64,000 nt of DNA from Azolla caroliniana (taxonomy: Eukaryota > Plantae > Polypodiophyta), in the NCBI GenBank assembly GCA_043228905.1, contig JBHGNT010000011.1, positions 11,470,001 to 11,534,000 on the forward strand, given 5' to 3'. The stretch's first letter is position 1. Each line of letters starts with the position of its first letter. Position numbers and translations under genes: made by a program. Under the pieces are notes generated by a model. That model saw nothing but the letters and a program-made list of their open reading frames with translations, had not been told where the DNA came from and ran no database searches. Positions 21,701 through 34,118 of this stretch are shown piece by piece.

Positions 21701-22875
21701 GCGCATATTCGAAGAAAGTCCGATCACGACCCGACTGAGCGGACCACAAGAGCCTTTGAGGGATCAAAGCACATCACGGCCTAGCCCGAAGATGGACAAA
21801 GGCAAGCGAAAATGTCGGAATACAAAGACGATCGCTTCGACGACGATGAGTCGACTCACTCACTCGATAGTGAGTTCAACGGTTTCGAGGTACCAATCGG
21901 AGCTAAGAAAGCCCTCATCTCTGCAAATGAAAAGCTTCGTCGCTCCACCCGTGAAAAGAATCCGGTCAGCCGATTCGGCTACAACAACTACATGGCATAT
22001 CACTATGCCTTTATGATGAAGGTGGCGACAGTACGCGAGCCGGAAACATTTTCCGAAGCAACCAAGGATCAGCGCTGGATGGAAGCCACGAACGAGGAGA
22101 TGCAGGCACTCCACAAGATTGAGACGTAGTATCTCGTTCCCACCTCACCACACAAAAAGGCGATTGGATGCATATGGATTTACAATGTGAAGTACAACGC
22201 CAACGGTTCCATCAACCGCTACAAAGTGCGACTCATAGCGAAAGGCTGCGCACAAACGCACGGAGTTGACTACGAGGAGACCTTTGCCCCGGTGGCAAAG
22301 ATGACGACCGTACGGACCGTAATTGTGCTTGCAGCGGCGAAAGGGTGGCACCTCCATCAAATGGACGTCAAGAATGCCTTTTTACAAGGCAAATTGGAAG
22401 AGGTGGTGTACATGATACAACCACACGGCTTCAACCCGAGCACCCATCTGAAAGTTATGCCGACTCAAGAAGCCACTCTACGGCCTCAAGCAAGCACCAC
22501 GTGCTTAGCATTCAAAGATAACACAATATCTTCATCAAATCGGCTTCCGTATGTCAAAATCGGACAACTCCCTCTACATACAAAGCGATTTCAAGTCCAA
22601 TCGTCATCATCTTATATGTGGATGATCTAGTCATTGGAGGTGAGCATCTCGTCGAAATCAATAAAGCCAAATCCCTCCTTTCCGACAAGTTCGAGATGAC
22701 GGACATGAAGGAGCTCCACTACTTCCTCGGCATCGAGGTAATTCGGACTCCGGCCAGAATCATGATCTCTCAACGGCACTACATCCTCAACTTGTTATAC
22801 AAGTTCGGTATGGTTGAGTGCAAATCCGCGGCAACCCCGCTCGATCGTAATCTCAAACTAGATGCGAACTTTGGC
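18732..22875 (+). mobile_element. Element D: degenerate Ty1/copia (Ale-like), 5' LTR 18732-19124 to mid-RT, 3' end lost
   Basis: TG...CA LTR homologous to 38046-38446 and 56801-57193; degenerate Met PBS at 19125; gag from ATG 19293; [27 protein letters not shown] and YVDDL motifs with many stops and frameshifts. Confidence 0.93.
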
Positions 22876-23369
22876 CGGTCTAGAGAAAATATCCACAACC
22901 GACAATGTCGCAGATGGAATGACCAAGTGTCTTTCGGCAGACCGCTTTCGGTCCCTTCGGCATCAGATGGGCGTAACGACAAACCAGTCCGGTTAGAGCC
23001 GGACACAGCGCAGGATGGTTTCAGACAACCGACATCAGTTCCCTAATGATCGGCTTCAACTCTTCCGACCCGACCAGTCCGGTCTTCTGCCTTCGAACCC
23101 TGCCGACTCGAACAAAACTGATATGTCCGAGAACCTAGGTTTATACTTGTAATCTTAGATAACCCATGTATACGCCCATTATGGGGGAGTGTCGAATACA
23201 AGTGTATAATGGACGTATTCACACTATCCCTTTGTATAGATCAAGTTTGGGCCATTTGTGTAATTAGCATAAATGGTAGTTGCCCTAAGTCGGTCACTAT
23301 ATATAGTGACCTTGTAACCTTTTTGTAAGGTTGGTTGTATTATTGTTAAAATAGAAAGACTATTTTGTG

Positions 23370-23408
<39 letters not shown>

Positions 23409-23496
23409 ACGATCTTGCAAACTGTCATACGCAGGTACTCAACCCCAATCGAATGCTATTTGATCTTCCGCATCGACACGGCCTTTATCCCCAACA
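22876..23496 (+). mobile_element. 3' end (RNase H tail, PPT, LTR 23190-23496) of a second C-family copy
   Basis: Near-identical to the reverse complement of 12672-13297. Confidence 0.95.
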
Positions 23497-26400
23497 CTAT
23501 GGGTGTCCTTCGTCGCTTCTTCAAAGCTTTCTAGCTCCCCCTCATCGGTTAACAACACGCGCTCTACATCCGGGAATCTCCGGCGGGCCCTTCTCTCTCT
23601 GAGATGACATCTGCGTCTTTGGTTTCCGGCAAACGTGTCGCGTTACTACGCGCGTGCGTGGAGAAACGAGGCGGGACCACCGGGGTCTCGAACCGAAGAC
23701 CAGGTGATAGAAGGGGAAAGAGAAAGAGTGAGACGCCCGATTACGTATGAGCAAAGAAACACAGGGGCACAGCCCGTCAACGCAGAAGACGCGAATGGAC
23801 GCAGAGACAGAGAGACACAAATGTTTGTGTATTAACGAATGACAAATAAACAACAGAGCATGCGAGCGGTTACAACCAAATAGGCCGGCGAACAGATGTT
23901 GATGCCTGTTCGTCTGCACACGAAAGGGGATAGGATGGAGGTGTTGTCGGAAGCACACGGGCGTTCCTCAAAGCAGCGCGAGCCTCCCGAAAACCTGCAG
24001 AGAAGAGCAATAGAGAACAAACAGAGGAGAAGCGTTCGGTTACGGCCCAACAACACTTCGTCCTCCTCAATGCGCGATCCCCTTCTCCCCGCGTCTCCCC
24101 CTCCTTTATAGCTTCAAGAAGGGAGCCGTTTCCCTCATTAACTTCCTACCTACCGAATTTAACTACCTAGGATATACCTTTGTACCTAATCCTCTATTAT
24201 ATACATTAAAGGGCGCGCACGCGTGAAGAGCCGGTTCGCGCGCGCTATGCACCGATTGCGCTAAGGGACAGTTTTCTTCATGACATCCGCCCCTACCTAA
24301 CCGTGCATCCACCAGTATGCGCCAAAATTGGGTTCTAGTTGGAGAAAACCGGTCTGGGTTCCGGTTCCTCGTCCATCGGTTCGTCCTCCGTTTCGGACTG
24401 TTCGTCGTCGCTGTCCGGGCCTCTTACATCCGGTTCGCCGTCGTGGCACTTCTTGAACGCCTTGATCCACTTCCCTGCAACCGGTATCGCCATCCTCATA
24501 CCGTCGAGTTCCGCCAGGTGATACGTCCCGTTGTCGTTGGCGCTCGTTACCACGTAAGGCCCGAACCACCGCTTTGCAAACTTCCGTGTTGCCCGATGTT
24601 GGTTGTCGAGGCTGTTGTCGTAGACTAACACCCAGTCGCCTTCCTCGATTTTCTTTGGTCGGAGCCGGTGCGTTCGGTCGAACCGGGCTTTGTTCCTCAT
24701 CCTCGCCGTCCGAAGTCTCTCCGCCGCTTGTTCCACGTCCCCTGGCCTCCGCTCGAGCTGCTGTATACGCGCCACTAGCAGTTCTTCCCAGCTCATCTCG
24801 TCTCTCCAGTCCACTGTCACCCAAGAGGAGGTCGTCTGTTCCATCGGCATGATCGGCTTCTGTCCGAACATGAGCTCTAACGGCATGAACCCGGTTACCG
24901 AACTGTGCGTTGTCCGGTCCGCCCACAAGGCATAAGGTAACAGTCGTGGCTAGTTCCCGACCTGGCCTCCGCATGCCCGGACTAGCGCTTTGACGATCGG
25001 TCCGTGTCCGCGCTCCACCTTCCCGTTCGCCTCCGGATTGTACGCTGTGGTGAGCGAGAGCTTGACCCCTAACCGGTCAAACAGCTCCTCGGCCTCTTCG
25101 GCGTCCAACTCCCCGCAGTCAGCCACGATCTTCCCGACACACCCGTACCAGCATATCACGTCCTCGATCAGGAACCGACACACGGCCGCAGTCGTTTTGT
25201 TCTACAGGGCTCGGCCTTCCACTTGGTTCGTCAGGTCCTCCCGGGCCAGCACCAGATATCGCATCTGCCCTACGCCCATCGGCATTGTCACTAAATCTAC
25301 CATCCATTTGAAGTGGATGGCCGGAGGGTATGTAGGGTGAAGCTCGTCCCGATGTCGGACTATGGAGTGTATCTGACAGCTCCCACAAGTCGTCACGAAC
25401 CGATGCACGTCCCGGTACAGTCCCGGCCACCAGTACTTCCCTTTTAGTTTCTCGAACGTGGCCCACATCCCACGGTGTCCAGCTCAGGGGTTGTCGTGGT
25501 AGGCCTTCAGCAACTCCTCCTGTTCCTCCTTCATCGCCACTACTTGGAGCGGGATGCCGTTTCTCTTCTTCAGGTGCTTCCACAAGTATCCGTCCCGGAG
25601 AAAGAATCGATACGCTTTCTTCCGGATCCAGTTGGCCTCGTCCTTTGTCCATGACGTGTCCGGCGTCATCGTCCTTAAGAATCCCCCAATCTGCAGCCAC
25701 TCCCTGTCGTACTTGCTCTCGTTGAAATCGTTAAGCGCCGGAGTGCTCCCCCCCTCGGTTGTTACGTACGCCGCCTCGAAGAAGTCCACGCCGACTTCCT
25801 CATCCTTCAAAACCATGCCACCCTCGTCGTCGAATGGCGCCCTCGAAAGCATGTCGGCCATGGCATTGTCTTTCCCGGAAATGTGTCGTATTTCCGGATC
25901 CAAAGACTTGATGTACGCTATCCACCTGAGCATTGCCAGGTCCGGGGTTGCGCATCCGGAGACCATGCCGAGAATCGGCAGGCAGTCCGTCTCGATAATC
26001 ACCTCTGTCCCGATCAGATAGTCTTTATCGGCCTTCACCGCCGAAACGATACCCCAAAGTTCGCGTTTAACCTGGGCGTATCCTCGTTGTCGCTCGCTGA
26101 GGACCTTCGCGCCGAACCGGATTGGGAATCGAATGTCGTCCTCATCTTCTTGGTTGACGACCCATCCGATCCCGGTCGGACTTGTATCTACCGTTATGTA
26201 GATGGGAGTGCCTTTCTCGTAGACAACCTTCCGGAGTGCCGGAGCTGCAGCAAGAGCCTCCTTCATCTTTCGGACCGACTCCGTATGCTCGTCTCGCCAC
26301 TCGAATTTTCGCCCCTTTTTTAGCAACCTGTATAGCGGCTCGGCAACATGGGCGTAATGCGGGATCCATATGTGGTAGAAAGCGCATGCTCCCAAGAACC

Positions 26401-29400
26401 TCCGTACCTCCGTGACCGAGTTACAGTCGGGCTTCATTGCGGAGATGGCTTCCACCTTAGCCGGAGACGGTTTCCGGCCATACGGTCTGCATAGATGTCC
26501 GACGACCATGATCTCTGATTGCCCGAAGGCCGATTTCTCCCCGGAGAAGGTGAGCCTCGCGTCCTCTAGCCTCTACAGCACCCTCTCGCAGTCGTCAATG
26601 TGTGTCGCCACGAACCTCCGGCATCCGTCCGGTCCGATCGTTTCGTCCTTTTCCTCCACCGGACATCCCTTGATTGGGATGTCGTCCAAGAATGGCATGG
26701 TGATGTCCGGGATACAATCCCTCAGCACGTTGTTCATCACATTCACCATGTGGGCCACCAAATTCGTCCCTCCTTGTGGCAGGGTACACATCCACACTAG
26801 GCCGAGAGGAGTCCGCATCGTCGTAATGTCTCTGCTCTCTACGGCTAGTTGGAACTGATCGTACCCCGAGTACAGATCATCGACCGAGTAGATCGGCCTT
26901 CCGGCGAAGGCCTCCGCGAACTTTTCTATCGTTGGTCCGATTCCTGCGTTCCGAATGGTCACTCTGTTGACCGGTTGCAGGTCTTGAATGAAGCACAACG
27001 TCCCGTTCTTCTTCGGTACTGTAAACCACCGGTTTGAGTACGGGGCACTCGACGGTTCGAGGATGCCCATATCGATTTTCTGCCTCAACAGCTCCATCAG
27101 CTCCGGGATGTGAGCTCTCGGTACCGGAATTGGTTTGAGATTCCATGGCACATGCGGTACTGTGAATATCACCATCGGCTTCACGACTGTCGGGTCTACG
27201 CACCCGATCTCTCCCGGTGAGAATGCGAAGGCTTTCCCGTGCTTTCCGAGCATTCTCCGAAACCGGTCTTCTTCCGCCAGCAGTAGGAACCCGCCCCCAC
27301 CGATTTTGAGCTCCCGTAGCGTTTTGTCGGTGAAGGCATGTCCTATGCAGGCCGGATCTCGTAAACAGGGGTCCGACGCAACCCCCTTGATTCGCAACTT
27401 GCTGCCCTCCGGTAAGGGTGCCGCGACTGGCTTTACCTTCCGGTCCACAGTCTTGTACTTCGTGTTAACCCGGGCCGTCCGATCCAACTCGAGCCTTCGA
27501 CTGAAGTCCGCGATGACTTCGTACATCTCTTCTAAACAAACCGGTATCGTCCGGTCCTATTTAAGGCCCTCTCCAACCACCTCTCGCAGTATTCCCAAGG
27601 TATCGTCGAAGGAGACCGCCTCCACGGCTCCGTTGATTTCCTCGTTGGGCCCGAGAACTCCGCACGCCCGAAGTCGCTCTTCCGCCCTTGTCTTTTCTCG
27701 GCCAACGACGCCGACTATCGTACACCCTCCGTGGTCGGAGAAACAAAACTTCCTACTTATGGTACAAGGTTTCTTCGGTTTCGCCTCTATCGTACATTTG
27801 TGGGGTTTTCCCGGAGTGTCCGGACTGTTGCGGCCCCACGCCTTGACAGCCCTCTCTAAAAATCCTCTCGGTTCTCGCCACCGAGGGACTCGCGGTTTTG
27901 CTCGTGGTTCGGTCGCACTGCCAGGAACTGAACCGAATGACGCCCGTCTTGACTCTTCACCCTCGCGTAAGCCGACCCGTTGTCCAGCACCTTGGTCTCC
28001 ATCCGTGCTGCCGTAATGTACGGTTCTCCCAGTATGACCGGGTGCGAGGACGTCTTCTGCACAAAGAAGTGTTGATCTATCTCGACGTCGCCGATCTTGA
28101 CTCGCACGTTTGGGTAGGCCCCGTGTAGTTCCTCGGTGGCGCGCGTCGCCGCCTGTATCTTCCACCCGTGCTTGGTGTTGATCGGCCATTTCCCCTTCTT
28201 GTAGAAGTCCATGGACATCAGGTTTATTTCCGAACCGTGGTCCACCAGCACCACCACCGGTTCCTGAACATCTCCGATCTTCACCAGGGTTTCCGTGGTC
28301 GCTCGGGCCCAGTGTGGCCTCGAGTAGTGGCTCTCCGCCCACTCGTCTTCCAGTGCCATGTCCTCTATGTGCGTCGTCCGCACCTCCACCGGCCTTTCCG
28401 GTTCTGTCTCCGTCGACAACCTCTTCCTCTTCACCAAGTCTAAGATGGAGTCGTGGAACTCCTTCTTGGCGATTCCGAGCACCTCCCGCAACGACAGTTC
28501 CACCTTGCTGTCGAGGATTCGTTCTTCCAGGACCTTTCGTAGGTCCGTGGTCCTTTCGATCTCCGTGCCCAACCGGTATCCGCCCTTCTTGTGGTTATCC
28601 CGGGCACTGGTCTCACCGGCCTCGTTCTGTTTCGGCCTGAATCGGCTTTCGTATCTCTGTGAGGGTTTGGCCCCTCCGGTGTTACCTACCTGTTTGTCTT
28701 CAACCAGAGCCTCGTAGTTCTGGCAAGCTGCTTCGACGAAACCCATCTTTTCTTCGACCGGATCACTCCACCCGGTTACCTCCTGGACCCGCTTCTCCGC
28801 GCGGTCCGCCTCGTCCTTCTTTAGTCAGGCACCAGCGAGGCCTTCCAGCACCGTCGGCCAGAACCTCGCTTTGCTCTCCTTCCGGGCCTCGCTGCCACCA
28901 ACCCGAATACCAGCCGACGCCAAGTAGTGGACGGTCTCCGCGTGCCGGGCTGCCGCCTCTTCCATCAGCCTTTTCATTCCTCCTCGCCCGTCGTTTCGGT
29001 TCAGGGCCCTCCGGGTATTGCTGGCGTGCACCCGACCTTCCCACAGGTACACTACCCGGCTTCTCAAAGCCTCCGCAAAGTCCCCGCAGTCTTTCCGGAT
29101 GTGGCCGACCTCGTCGCACCACATGCACCTATTTCCTGCCGGAGGCCGTCGGTCACGAGCCTATTCGCCACATTCCCTCCGAGCCTGGGCGATCTGGAGA
29201 TCCTTTACCGCCCATGTCAACTCCTCCAAAGTTGTCCCCCCGGACGAGCCTCTGACCACGCCGGTCGAAGCCGAACCGTTTTGGAGCCACTCCCGGGTCT
29301 CTTCCCGTTCGCCTCCGGTATCGGTTTGAGCTTCCTTGCTGCGACAGGACCCACCTCGGTCGCCCCTGTATCAGCCCACTCCCACCGTTTGTCAAAACGG

Positions 29401-32400
29401 CCGCAGACTCTTTTTACTGTGGCCCAGTCCGCCGTCAGCCCGTCTTCAGTTTCCAGTAAAGAGCCCACTTGCTCCCGATCCCGTGCGTCAACCGATTTGA
29501 CAAACAGTAGGACACGACTTGTGTCCAGAACAGTCCGATCGAGCGCCGAAAGGCGCGCAAAGCGATCCTCAAACTCTTGGAGGACTGCCGACGCATTTCT
29601 TCCTTTGTCGGGGGACTCCACCCACCCATGAAGCCCCGCTTCGAAAGTCGAAGCGCGTCATCCAGTCCGTATTTCTCCAGGAGCCGTCCTTCGAACTCCT
29701 CCCAGGTCCGGCTCTCCGCCCGGACCTCGAGCACCTCCGCATGGATGCCCGGCATCGCCACTCGAGGGAATCCGGCAAGACGCCTCTCTTCCAGAATATC
29801 CCTCATCAACATCTCCGCCTGGTAGGACACCAAATAACTCGTAGCATCCTTTCCACTGAACCGGCCGATCATACCGACATTCGCCTCAATAGCCCTGTCA
29901 AGGGCGCCGGTGCCCTCGCGCGCGCTCACTATCCGGTCCACGGCCGAAGCCATGGCCTCTGCAAGATCCAACCCCCTCATCTTCTGCTCCTCCGCCTCCG
30001 GTTTCACGTGGGGTTCACCAAATATGTCGCGTTACTACGCGCGTGCGTGGAGAAACGAGGCGGGACCACCGGGGTCTCGAACCGAAGACCAAGTGATAGA
30101 AGGGGAAAGAGAAAGAGTGAGACGCCCGGTTACGTATGAGCAAAGAAACACAGGGGCACAACCCGTCAACGCAGAAGACGCGAATGGACGCAGAGACAGA
30201 GAGACAAATGTTTGTGTATTAACGAATGACAAATAAACAACAGAGCACGCGAGCGGTTACAACCGAATAGGCCGGCGAACAGATGTTGATGCTTGTTCGT
30301 CTGCGCACGAAAGGGGATAGGATGGAGGTGCTGCCGGAAGCACACGGGTGTTCCTCGAAGCAGCGCGAGCCTCCCGAAAACCTGCAAAGAAGAGCAATAG
30401 AGAACAAACAGAGGAGAAGCGTTCGGTTACGGCCCGACAGCACTTTGTCCTCCTCAATGCGCGATCCCCTTCTCCCCGTGTCTCCCCCTCCTTTATAGCT
30501 TCAAGAAGGGAGCCGTTTCCCTCATTAACTTCCTACCTACCGAATCTAACTACCTAGGATATACCTTTGTACCTAATCCTCTATTATATACATTAAAGGG
30601 CGCGCACGCGTAAAGAGCCGGTTCGCGCGCGCTATGCACCGATTGCGCTAAGGGACGGTTTTCTTCACGACAACGGCTCCTCTGTTTGTTCTTCATCCGA
30701 ATCTGATTCGGGGTCTAGGTCGGTTCTAGTTTCTACTTCTTCTTCTTCTTCAGTCGGTTCGGTTTCCTCTTCGTAAACGGCTGGTTCTTCGAGTGTCAAC
30801 CGGCTCTTAGTTGGGTAGGTCTGTATCTCATCGAACCGATTCTTACCGGTCAACTCGGAGTTCATTATCTTCTTCTCCGACTCCCAGTTGGCAAGGGTCT
30901 TGTCCTCCATGAAGATAACATCTCGACTCCGGAAAAACTTCTTGTCAAACAGATCCGACACTCGGTAGCCAAACTCATCATCGTTGTATCCGAGGAATAT
31001 GCGAGTCCGGGACTTTGGATCCAACTTTGCTCTCTAGTCCTTTGCAACATGCATGTAAATGAGACACCCGAACACCTTCAGATGCTAGTAAGACACTTCC
31101 TTACCGGTCCACACTCTCTGCGGCGTGTCTTCGTCCAAGGGCACCGAGGGTGATCTGTTTATCACGTACATCGTTGTCGCCTACGCCTCAGCCCAAAACA
31201 TCTTGGGTAACTTAGCATGTGCTAGCATACTCCGGACCCTCTCCATTATGGTTTGATTCATCCTCTCGGCCAGCTTGTTTAGTTCCGGCGTCTTCGGCAC
31301 GATAAATTCGAGCCAGATGCCCTTCGAGCGACAGTACTCCTCAAACTACCCCTGGTATTCGCCTCCGTTATCTGCTCGAACCGCCTTCAACTTCCGGCCG
31401 GTTTCTCTTTCCACTCTCGCGTGGAGCTCGTTGAAGACGGATAACACCTAAGCCTTCGTCTTCAACGGTGTGGCCCACAGCTTTCGGTTGTGGTCATCTA
31501 TGAACGTCACGAAGTACTGCGATCCGGCATGTGACTTCGTGTCCACTTGACACACATCGGTATGCACCAGCTCCAGTGGTGCATTACGTCTCATCGATGG
31601 CCTTGAGTGGAAGGAGGTCCGGTTTTGATTACCGTCCAGGCAGTCGGTGCACTTCTCAAGATGCACGTCTTTCACCGGAATGAGGTTGTCATCGGCCAGT
31701 CTCTTCATCCCCTTCTCCCTCATGTGACACAGTCTCTTGTGCCACAGCTCACCGGCAGTGTCAAATGCAACGTTCACTTCTTCCGGGCACAACCGGGCAT
31801 TCATCAGGTACAATGTGTTGACCTTCCAGGCCCGAGCCACTATTAGGCTCCCTTTGCTGAACTTCATGACTCCGTTCCGGATGCTACCCGTGTAGCCTTC
31901 ATCGTCTAGCCGATCGGTTGATATTAGGTTCAGTCGAACCTCTGGAACGTGCCGGACATCCTTCAGCAGCAACTTGCATTCGATTGGTGTTGTCAGCCAC
32001 ACGTCTCCTATGCCGACAATTGGGCATGTACCTTCATTCCCCATCCGGACACAGTCGTGATCGCCGGCTGTATAGGATGAGAAGCATTTCCGGTCCGGGG
32101 TCAGATGGAACGACACTCCGGAATCAACAACCCACGTTGTCTCGTCGCCGGCAAGGTTCAACTCACTCTCCTCGGTGATGAGCATCAACTCTTCTTCACT
32201 TGCCACGATTGTCGTCGTTCCCTTCCGGTCCGGTCCTCTCCGGTCTATGTCGTTTCGTTCCGGTCCGGTGACCGCTTCGAATCGGTACTGTCGGTTTCCT
32301 TGTCTTTCCAGAAATGCCGACAATTCTTCTAGAAGTGCCCCGGCTTCCCATAGTAGAAGCAAGTGGGCCTTCCCCTTAACTTTGACCGTGTCCCTGACTT

Positions 32401-33737
32401 TTCCCGGTTCTGGGGACTCCGGTTCCTTTGTCTTCCGCGTTCTGATTCGGTAAGGAGCGCTTTGGAATCGGATCCTGTATCCTTGTCTTTTCGATGCGCC
32501 TCCTCATCTAGCAGGCTCGACTTGACTCTTGCTAGGGATAATTGTTTTCCTTCCGGCCTGGCGTTGCCCAAAGTGACAACCAACGTCTCCCAACTATCCG
32601 GGAGCGAACCGAGCACGAGCAGTGCTAGTACCTCATCAGCGAGAGGTACTTCCAACGATGTTGCCTGGTGAATCGGCCCCGGGAAGGTATTCATGTGCTC
32701 CGCCATACTGGAGCCATCTTGGTACCGGAGCCTCACTATATTCCGAAATACCGAAACCCGATTTATAGCATTTTTGTTCTGAAACATAATGATGATCTTC
32801 TCCTAGAGCTCATGAGCCTTGCTCTCTTCATTGAAGTTGTTGTACAGGCTCATGTCGATGAAGCACCATATGTAAGCCGTTGTCTTCATGTGCATCATCT
32901 CCCACACCGTGGCGTCGATCTTGTCCGGTCTCTTGTCCACGAATTGAACCGGCAACCAGAGATCTTTGCCCATGAGCATGTCCCTCATCTTCGACTTCCA
33001 CACTGTGTAGTTGGAGCCAGTGAGCTTGAACATGTCGTCCAACGATTCTTCCATTTTCTGTGTTGTTTCGCTCTAATACCAAATTGTAGAGAATATGCGG
33101 AATAATGCTCGGCCACAACCGAGTCTTCAATCACTTCGTTGGGAATTACAAACATAGAAATGGGAATGTGGAGATAGATGCACGTACACACAAAACATTG
33201 TAAGCAAGAGAGTACACAAGATATTAATGTGGAAAACCCTGAGAAGGAAAAACCACGGGAGCCCATAGACCCCAAGCTATCACTATGTCAAAAGAATACA
33301 ACAGAGGAGCACAGAGGCAATGACCTTGTGCTCACTCTCTTCGCCGGCAATGGTTACAACATAGAATCACTCTATGTCTCTCTCTCTCTCTCTGTTACGC
33401 TTTGTACAACGGTTACTCATACAATAACTCTATAAAACGATAATGACAACAACCACATTCTCTGTTTGCCCTAGGTCATATTTATACTAATATGACTTTC
33501 GGGCTATTTACAAATATAGCTCCAGTGGGCTCTCTGGAACATGTTTACATATATATGTCCCTTCATCCGGTGAGAGGTTCTCACGAGGCCTGCAACATCC
33601 GGTTCTCACCGGGTCTTCCTTGCCGAGTACTCATCATCCGGTTCTCACCGGGCCTTCATCCGGTTCTTACCAGGCCTACATCATCCGGTTCTCACCGGGC
33701 CGTCATCATCCCATCCAAAGGGACCAAAGTCCTAATA
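23497..33737 (-). mobile_element. Element F: degenerate Ty1/copia (Tork-like); 5' LTR 33085-~33737, coding 33054-30673, continuing 23635-23497
   Basis: Met PBS 33070-33081 with one mismatch; WVVDSG, WHKRLCH, HTDVC motifs. The frame EEP|FAGN...TDEGELESFEEA is continuous across element E. The LTR has CATCCGGTTCTCACCGGG tandem units at 33564-33712. Confidence 0.88.
23636..30672 (-). mobile_element. Element E: full-length degenerate Ty3/gypsy with tRNA-Trp PBS
   Basis: LTRs 23636-24285 and 30025-30672 (TGTCG...GACA); PBS 30003-30020; PPT GGTAGGGGCGGA at 24286; gag-PR 29980-27856 (CMWCDEVGHIRKDC, VDHGSE); pol 27865-24335 (DLYSGYDQ, LPQGGTN, FLDD, VDTS, GKVERGH, GPY). Confidence 0.95.
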
Positions 33738-34118
33738 GAAATTTAGTGGACGAAAGGGTCAAATATATGAAGTCTGCCAGTTAGGGAAGCATCATTGGCT
33801 TCCATTCCCCAACGAGCCTAATTGGGGCCGAAACAAGCTCGATTTGATCCATTCGGATCTATGGGGACCATCACAAAATGTGAGCTATGAGAACAGCCAT
33901 GTACCTTCAAAATCGGATATCTATAGTTGGAGGAAAAGTGTTGCCACATGAGTTGTACTTCGGGAAGAAGCCAAACTTGGCACACTTAAGGGTGTTCGAC
34001 AACATTGCATATTTGCATGTGCCGAAGGAGAAGCGAAGGAAGCTAGATGCCAAAGCCAAGAAGTGTATCTTGGTTGGCTACTCGAATGAGCAGAATGGTT
34101 ATAAGTGTTATAAACCCC

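Noticed and set aside
18732-23496. A single recombinant element with a D 5' LTR and a C 3' LTR that transposed as a unit
   Set aside because: The LTRs are unrelated and the flanks GGACG/CTATG are not a TSD.
27135-28016. Long antisense ORFs over E and H pol (e.g. 293 aa here, 237 aa at 47059-47772)
   Set aside because: Shadow ORFs of GC-rich coding strands with non-ATG or arbitrary starts and no recognisable motifs.
33564-33712. CRISPR-like repeat array
   Set aside because: Units are near-contiguous and degenerate with no unique spacers; they lie within an LTR and there are no cas genes.
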